From positions 4,216,001 to 4,280,000 of the forward strand of contig OU015566.1 in NCBI GenBank assembly GCA_907165135.1: a stretch of DNA of 64,000 nt, read 5' to 3'. The notes beneath the pieces were generated by a model, which searched no databases, was not told where the DNA came from, and worked only from the letters and a program-made list of their open reading frames with translations. This document shows, piece after piece, positions 46,301 through 55,300 of this stretch (its first letter is position 1; each line of letters starts with the position of its first letter). The stretch is from Oikopleura dioica. Its lineage: Eukaryota; Animalia; Chordata. Made by a program: the position numbers and the translations under genes.

Positions 46301-49300
46301 CTCGTTGATTCCAGCGGTTTGCTTTGAAGAATTGCTTGCAGGCGCCGACATCGCATCCAGGAGAGTCCATTTCGAGAAACGGAGATTTCGGAACGGGTCG
46401 CGTGACGATCACATAGTGACTGGAACGTTGTCTGGACAGGTACAGTGATCCAGCAGATTCGAGTAAAATGCCGCCATCGATGATGAGGGAGTCAGCATCG
46501 GCGTTTGCGGCGAGGAAGGTCAGAAGAGCAGGGAGCATATTCTCAGGATAACAACGTCTGAAATTTTCGGCGATTAGAAGGGATATCACGGCAATTTCTG
46601 TATGTACAAGAAACAAGAAAGGTTCATTTTGTGCTTGGCAGCTTACGAAGAAAGACAATATTTCTTTTCAGAAGTGCGCCAGATTCCTCGTCGCGTATTT
46701 CAAAGACGTTCTCAGCGATGACTTTGGTGACGACTGCGGTGTTCTTGAAGGCGACATGAAGCTTCTTGCACTTGCCGATCCTCATCGGCATCCAGTAACA
46801 GACTCGGTCATTCACGTTGATTTTCGTCTTTTGAATTGGCTTCACGTGATGAGCGAGTTGCTGCTGGTATTTCTGCCCAAGAAATTGTCCACACTGTCGA
46901 AGCCAACCGCTCATGTATGCTGACCAAAGCCAAGGGTCTTCATTGAGGTCCGGATCAGGGCGAAGATGGAAGAGAGGCAATTCCATAGGTCGGCCGGTCA
47001 AGGCTTCCGCTGGGCTGAGTCCATCCAGCGCAGCAGTAGGAGCATTGTTCATCTGGTAGAGCACGAAAGGGACCTGGCGGGACCAATCTTCTCGCTGAAT
47101 ATTCGCCAACTTTGCTTTTAGGCCCAAACTTCTGAATTTGCGCTCAATCTTGTTGGAACAAGCATGATACGGTGAAATGTGCGCAAGCCTCAGGTTGAAC
47201 TTCTCCATGATTTCTTTGAAGACTGTGCAGGTAAACTCGCGACCATTATCTGCCCTTACCATCGCTCCTTGAATTCCATTTGAAAGAAGCATGTCTGCCA
47301 TCGCAAACCCGACGGACTCGGCAGACTTGTCCGGTAAGCAGCGGCCAACAACGAATCTCGTCATATCGCACATAATACAGAGCAGATAGCGATTGCCCTG
47401 TAGATCAACCTGACCGAAGTCTGTCAGATCGCAAAACAATTTCTGCCAAGGTCTTGCCGAGCATTCTGGCTTGGGGGGCGACAGTGCTTTCAGCTTTGGG
47501 CGCGGCTTTATTCGCCAACACGTCTCGCAAGCTTCACAGACTTCCTTGCAGATTCTGCTGATACCGGAGATGAAGAACTTCCGTCTCAGAATGTTTTCTA
47601 GCGCGAGTGCTCCAGGATGGCCCATGCGAGCGTGGACGAAGCTGCTGATCTCGATTTGCAGTGGTTCTGGAAGAGCGATGATGTCCTCCTTCCCAGCGCG
47701 GACCAAGATTCCTTTTGCATCGGCGACGAGCTTCTTTTCCTTCTTCATCTTTTTCAAGACAGGATCAATTTCTTGAAGCTTGATTATGTCCCCGGCGGTG
47801 TAGGGAATGTCTCCAGACACCATCACGACTTCATTGCTGCCTTGACTTTGCGCGTTCTCGGATTCTGCTTGAGCTAAGCGTCTTGCTCTTCGCGTTTGCA
47901 TCGCCAGGACTTCTAGCAGCTCCGATGCCCGTGGTCTGAGCTCCACAGTGTTGAGAAAGCCTCTATCCAAGCAGTCGCTTTCATCATTGTCCTCCCCAGG
48001 GCTGATTTCGTATTGTCGACTCAACGCATCGACAACGATGATGACTCCTTCGGTGTTTGGGACGTATTCGATTCCCTTGACCTGGAATCTTGCCAACCGG
48101 GCGAACAAGTTCGTGACACGGACCGGAACATCCATTCGCATTTTTCGCTCTGTGAGCACTTGCCCAAGCGACTTATGATCCGTCAAGGCCAGTACTGGGG
48201 TATTGTAGCATTCGAATTCGAACGCCTCAAGTGCTGTGACGAGTCCCAACAGCTCCAAATATCGGGATGGCAGCTTCTGTTCCCCATCTTTGAGCGCGCG
48301 GCTGAAGTATCCCAAAGTCTGCAGCTTTCCGGACGGCTCTTTTTGGTAGAGACATGCTCCGATGCCTGTTTTGCTCGCGTCACTTGCAATGACGAGAGGC
48401 AGACTTTCGTCCCGGTGATTAAACGCGACGACTTCCATCAGCGCCCGTTTGTATGTCGCAAAGGCCTCCTCGTGAGTCGACTTCCATTCGAAAGCAGCTT
48501 TTGATGGCGCGGCCAATTTGTGCAGGGGCGAGAGTGTCCGGTGTCCATCCTTGACGTACAGGGAGTAATAATTGGTCATTCCGAGGAACCTTCTGAGCTC
48601 CTTTCGACTTCTTGGTCGCGGGTAATCCTTGATCGGCCCAAGCTTGTCCTGAAGTGGCTCAATTCCTCGGTCGGTAATTCGAAATCCCAAGTACGAGAAG
48701 CTCTGTACGAAAAAGTGCGACTTCTCGATTTTCAAGAGCAGTCCGTTTTCCTCCATTATTCGCAGGAACTCATCGACTGCAGCCAAATGCTCGTCGAAGT
48801 CGGAGTGACAGATCACACAATCGTCCATCAGGACGCTGAGTCCAGACACGTGACCGGCCAATCTGTCGATGACGTTGGCAAAAACAGAAGGACTGTTCTG
48901 GAGACCGAAACACATCCGCCGCGCAATGTATTGTCTTCCCTGGAAGCTGAATGCACATTTGTGGGCGTCTCTTGGATCGGTGCGGACTTGGTTAAAAGCG
49001 GACGCCACGTCCACCGAAGTCACGTACAGCTGACCTTTGCTCTTCGCAATGTCCCTGGAAAGTCGAGCCATTAGTTCCTTGATCGACGGTAACGGCCAGC
49101 GCGTCGGGATCGTCAGTGCATTCAGCCGGCGGGCGTCCAGGACGGGGCGGACGTCGTCTTTCCCCTTTTTAACAAAAAATAGGGGCAGGTTAAAGTCGCT
49201 GGCACCCCTTTCGACGACGCCCGCCTCGACCCAATTTTCGACCTTCTCCTCCGCTTTCGGGCGCAACGCTGGTCGGCAAGGAACAGGCTTTTCATATACC

Positions 49301-52300
49301 CGTTGGGATTCGTCGAAGAGTCGTATCCGGAAAGCCTGCCCTTTCAACATTCCAAGATCCGTTGGGCCAGTCGAAAATACCCGTCGGCGCTTCTCCATCA
49401 TCTCATTCACCTTTCGTCGCTGCGGTGGCGTGAGGTTACTTCCGATCTCGACGTCTTTGTATCGTTCGCCGTCCTTGCCACGAAGCCGGATTTCTCGATT
49501 TGCTTTGAACTGTTGCCATTCGCGGTCGAACTCGTCCGAATCGATGGACACAAGCTCGTTGTACTCGAACTGCCCATTTGGCCGCTTTTCCATCATCGCT
49601 GCAACAGCTACCTCCGCTCCTGACGGGATTGTCAGCGCAGTCTCCGTGGTATTGAAAACCATTATCGTCGTCATCGGTGAAGCATTGTAAACCGCTTTCA
49701 TGATGTCAACGGAGTTCTCGTGACAAAATCCCTTGTTTGATGGCTCGACAATCATCACATTTTCTCCTTCCTCCTTTCCAACGGGAACAGAAACTCTGAT
49801 CGGAGTCAGTGCTCGAGGGGCAATCGTAGCCACATGTACATTGTTCAGGACAAGAGTTCTGCCTGAAGGGACCATATCAAACGTGACTTTGTCGATCGTG
49901 ATCGTTTCTGCAGCACGGTCGATGGTAAGCTTCGAAAACGCAGACATTCCAATAATTGCATCGTGATTGAGATCTTGGACGATGAGGAAGGGTTCGTACT
50001 TGGGTTCACCACCAAAGTTGAGTGGAAGCCAGATACGTTCACGGACAACCATGGTGGTGGCGTTTGCAACTGTGATGCTGGCATCGATGCGGTCGCGTCG
50101 GGCGTCAGGGAAATTGTTGGCGATTTTCGAGGAAATTATGGACACATTGGCGCCTGAATCGCAGAGACAAAGAACTTCTTCAGACAGGATTTTCAGGCGG
50201 ATTTTCGGCAAAATATTCGGTTGAGAGATCGAGTGACAATGAAGGGATGGATTGGAGCTTTTGGCACTACCGTCAGGCTGGCCTAGTCATTGTGTCTTTC
50301 TTGAGGGGCACTCCTGACGGTAGTGCCTGGGCGGGTGCCCACTTTCGGTCAGCGGGCACACATCGCAGTACGGCTTCTTATTCTGGCCCCAGTGCTTCTT
50401 CTTCCCATGACCCTGCTCCGGCTGGCGCTGTTCTGGTTGCTGGGCCGCCACGTTGCATGTTGCCTGGTTTTTGGCGATCGTCTCGATGCTCGTGAGAAGT
50501 CGAGTGATACATTCATCCTGTTTCAGGGCCAACTGTTCCATGGCATCCATCCGCGTTCCAAGTGATCCCATCTGCTTTATAACGTCGCAGTCCTTGAGGA
50601 AATGTGGTCCAGAGCAGAGATGGCATTTGATGTCTCGGTAGGCCGCATTCAAGTCGTAGCCAAGGGTATCAGGATCATTGATAGGCTCGCTGACCGTCCA
50701 ACTTCCTTCCAGCAACGCCAGTATGTCTGCGATTTCCGCCAGAGAAGTGGTCATCTGATGGCTGATCCAAACGGTGAAGAACTGCTGGTACTCTTGTGGC
50801 CGGAGAATCCTTTTCAATGACGTTCGGATCAACTGTTTTTGCGCTTCCTCAGGGAGATTTTCGTAAACGGATCCGGATGAGCTGAGCAAGTTCATCAGCC
50901 GTGAGTAAGCTTCGCTGATTGTTTCTCCTCGACCTCGAGTCATCGCCTCAATCTTCATCGTGAGCTTTGAATGATTATATCCGAGTCGTTTTCGCAATTT
51001 CGCAGCTGCTTCCTCGTAACTCATCGCCATGGTAAATCCACATTCGCGCTGAATTTGCGGTGCCAATTTGATTCGTAGGACCAGCATCTTTTGTGTTTCG
51101 GACCAGTCGTAGATTTGGCCCAGATTCTCGATCCCGTCAAGGAGTATTTCGATCAGCTCAGGTGACCTTGTGCTCACGCTTTTGATGTCTTGCGATTCCT
51201 TCCGAAGCAAATCCCGACTTCTCGTATTGGCCAATCCAGCTGTGTTCACAGCGTACCCATGTGTCGATGGTGGAGTAATCGGCGGCGATGTCTTTGGTGA
51301 CGTGGCGAAGGGTGTTGCGGTCATTGTCGCTGAGGTACCCTTAGTCCAGGTCGGTTGCTGCCCAGAAGCAGTTGGATTCCAAGATCGTTGAGAGAAGGGT
51401 CGAGCATCAAATCCAGTTTCGAGCGCGGAAGTAGTCACGAATGCTGTTCTCCCGGAAAGCGAATTGATTGAATCGATGCGGGAGTTCCTCTCGTTGTCAC
51501 GCGCTTCAAAAGAGGCGATTCCAGGGCTCTCTGAGGTCGAACCTGTCGGTGCCGTAGTGCTTGAAGTCAGTGGAGGATACGCGAAGGAACTTGTTGAAAC
51601 TGGCGCTGGCGATGTAACTGATGGTAGTGTCGGTACGATGGGCACTGGCGGTGCTGATGGCACTGGAGCCTGCGATCCGTGAGCCACAGTGGTAACAACG
51701 GGCTCCTCCTCCTGCCCTTCCTCGTCGTCAATGTTGGCTGTATTTACTGCGAAATCCGACAAATCGTCGGTTTTTCGGTAATGATTTGCACGGGCATGAG
51801 CACGTAGCGTCGCTTGCAACTCGGCTTTCAGACCTTTCGTCGATAATCCAAGGCGGCGACAGACATTTCTAAGCTGAGCAACAGTCAAGTCTCTGATTGG
51901 AGTCAGGTTCATGGCCATTTTTCTTGAGCGCCAAAGATTACCAAGGCTCGATCGGTGTCGCTGACGGAAGAGACGAGTAAAAGATCCTATTCGAACCACT
52001 TTCAGTCGAAGAAGTTAGTTGACTAATGTAACTGTCGGCACGGCTGACTCTGGTGGCGGAGATGTGGCCAACGTTGTACTCGAAGGCGGTGCAGCTGCGG
52101 TCAGCTGTGAAGTCGAAGGTAGTTGAGTTGTGGGCAGCTTTGCACTCGAGGGTGGTGTAGCTGTGGTCAACTTCGTAGTCGAAGGTGGTGGAACGGTGGC
52201 TAGCTTTGTACTCGAAGGCGGTGGATCAGGAGCAAGCTTTGTAGTCAACGGCGGTGGAGCGGTGGCTAGCTTTGTACTTGAAGGTGGTGAAGCTGTGGGC

Positions 52301-55300
52301 AGCTATGTACTCGAAGGTAGTGGAGTTGTGGGCAGCTCCGTATTCGAAGGTGGTGTAGCTGTGGCCAGCTTCGTAGACGCAGGTGGTGGAGCTGTTGCCA
52401 GCTTTGTACACGAAGGTGGTGAAGCTATGGGCAGCTACGTTGTCGACAGCTGCGTGAAGAAGAAATTGGCGCTGCTCGTCGTGACTCCGCTTACAGACGT
52501 GCTCAGCGGGAATCGGATCGGGTGTACCAATTCAGTAGATAATCGAAAACGAAGGAGCCCGAAGTTCCCAACCCACTATGACGAATTTCCGCCCAAGGTC
52601 GCAATACGTACTTTGAATTTCAGGCGATTCGTGTAGTCGATCCAGTATTCTGATGCGGTTCTTTATCCAAACTCTCGATTTTCTTTTCTTCTCAAAAATC
52701 TTCGGAGTCTCTTTTAAGGCGTTCTTTTTCCGGTGAAGTCACCAGTAATTTGATATTTCCTGGTGCTTATGCAAGTGTCCAACTCGTCGTGTTACCGCAA
52801 AATATTTATTATACTGCATGATCCCAAAGGGATCGCGCACAGAAAGGGCGAGAGGGAAAACAGCTGATAGAGAGTGAGAAAACAGTTGATTCTCGGCGGA
52901 AAGGCCGTATCTATCTAAGCTCAACGGGAGATCGATTGAGGACAAACTGTCACTCACATCACTTTTGCGTAGGCGGCTTATCTGCTGCTAATTAGCCGGT
53001 AGGCCGAGTACTGGCTTCTGATTGGCTGAGAATTTCTACGCAAAATTTGTTGGGATTTCTTTGTCGGTTCTTGTCACCTGCCCCAAAACCTGTGTAGAAA
53101 ACCTGAGTCAGGCTCTGACAGATGTAAAGCAGCCTTGCGGCATTTTCGAGAAACGAGGCCGCTCTGCGTGTCTAAAAAAGCTCCAATGAAGCTTCACATT
53201 TAAGCTCTGCCAGAGCCTGACTCAGGTTTTCTACACAGGTCTTATCTTATGAATTTTGGTAAATAAAGATGAAAAAATATTCTCCAAAGCAGATTCTGGT
53301 TACAGCGCTATTTGTAGGTATAAGCCCCGTAATCCAGACGTTACTCTCTATAATTCTCTAATAAAATCACGGTAAGATAATAATCGTGCCAAATTTGCCG
53401 ATCCCTCCGCGCAGTCTGCAGATTATCTCGATTTTAGCAAATTGAGAAATCTGAGCGTGAAAATATGGCTTGTAAAGATGAATCAGAACATCTTCTTCAA
53501 ACCGCAAAATTAAATTACTGGCTTATCAAAAGATACATTTTCTCTCTCTTACTTTGATATTTTGGGTCGTAGATTCAAGACCACGTGACAAGTAAGTGTC
53601 GATTTGTTTCGCGAAAATCTTCGGATTGCGCATTAACGAGAGCTGCTTGCATAATTTCGGCCCCTTTTGCTCCAAATCCCCGTTTCCGTCTCTGAATACT
53701 CCTGCATCAATGTCGCATCCTCCGTGCCACCAGTCATCATCGTTGTATCTCCAGTGGAGGGCCACGTAGCCGGAATCGTTAATGAATTCTTTGACAAAAA
53801 GGTCGGCAACTTCCTCGATATGTGTTGGTCGTCCGGTTGCTTTGATGATGTCGACCATGAGTTGTCGATCTTCGGGGAGGATTTTCTCGTTGAAGATATT
53901 CTTGGCGAAGTTGATGTCCATGTAAGGGAAACCAATCAGGGCACAACTGTGATCAGTATCATACAGTGACTGGAATGTTCTTAAAATAAAAATTGAATTT
54001 TTCTCTCAAAATCGATCTTATTGGTCAAAAAATAAGATCTAGAACTCCATATTGACCAAATTTTCTATTGCTTTTATCAGCCAATAAGATTTATAAAAAA
54101 TCTTAAAAATCAGGGTTTTGATTGGCCGGAAGGCCAAATACAGCAATCTTATTGGTAGTCCATAAATTCACTTCCATAAACTGTTTTAGTCCGTAGAAAT
54201 GGATTTTTACTTACGTAAAGTTTCCATCTTGTCCAAATCGCCCCCTTGGTTTCTTCTCCGGAATAAGCGGCAGGGCTATGTCTTCGATACAGTGAGATTC
54301 TGTCGTTTCGCAGTCGAGATCATCAACTTGGCAATCGATGTTTCTGCAAGTCCTCAAAAGTCGGCCAGAATTTGTCGCTCCAAGCCCGATTTTTAATTGA
54401 TAAAAAACGCTTTTTTCGTGTTCCAACTTGTTTATAAGCTAACATATTTTCCTCAGAGACATTTAAAGAATTGACATGTTGTGACGTCCTGTCAAAAACA
54501 GAGTGCACTGCGCCCTGGCTTTGCATAAGGCCAATTATTCAGAACACGCTTCCTTATTTGATGATCCTCGCAGACGTCGGGAATGTCGGAAAAAGGATGA
54601 ACGTTGATTAGACCTTTCATCTTCGAAGGCGAAATGCGGAAACTTGGAGAGACTTCAGCGTAAGGGTCTTTGACTGAGGTTGGATCTGCGTGGTCGTGTT
54701 TGAAAAATTTTGGCTGAAAATATTTTTATAAATAGATTCAAAAAATATCAAAAATAATTAAGGACCCCCCCCCCCTTTTTCCTTCGAAAAATAGAAATTT
54801 CTATAAACCCAATATTTTTTGTTCTTAATGCGTTCTTAGGTTAAACTTGCTGAGAAGAACTGAAAAGGAGAAGTTTTGACCATGAAAAATCAATATTTTT
54901 GCCAAAATTAGGGCAAATTTGTCAATTTTCGGCGAAAAGTCCAATTTTTTAATGCGATTTTTAGTGTGTAAGAGTCGAGATAGACCCCCAAAAAATGAGG
55001 CCTCGAAATCGTTTTTTGACCTGTAGAATCCATTTCCGGGGTCAAAATTTAAAAATTCCGAAATTAGATCTTTCGAAAAGAGCTGACGGGGAGTCCTTAA
55101 CAACATTCACTTACGAGAATATACGAGCGATTCAATTTTATTGCCATAAAAATCGTCTCCCTCAGTCCAACAAGTTGATTGTTCGGCCCATTCATCAAAA
55201 CCGTCGTTAAAAACTTGTCATTTCTCGTTGGATATTTCGCCTTCAAAGGGTCAAGGCTGAATTCTTTTTCTGTATATTTTTCACTCAGCGGACAATTTTC

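Larger units (their letters stand above)
43945..52961 (-). mobile_element. Full-length Ty3/gypsy LTR retroelement with env (Tor-like), recent insertion
   Basis: Two identical 216-bp LTRs, CTTT(T) target duplication, PBS, PPT and intact gag, pol (PR-RT-RH-IN order) and env ORFs. Confidence 0.95.
43906..53084. mobile_element. MITE family B copy split by the LTR element (halves 43906-43944 and 52962-53084)
   Basis: The left half GGGGTGGTGTCATGAATCGACAAAAATCTCGA matches 61300. The right half CTTTTGCGT.GGCGGCT...CTGATTGGCTG...CACCTGCCCC matches 61500-61621. Confidence 0.75.

Noticed and set aside
47471-51682. Numerous plus-strand ORFs opposite gag/pol
   Set aside because: These are antisense shadows of GC-richer coding sequence with no motifs.
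52050-52445. Regular ~33-bp periodicity resembling a CRISPR array
   Set aside because: The units are contiguous degenerate repeats with no unique spacers, there are no cas genes and the context is eukaryotic.
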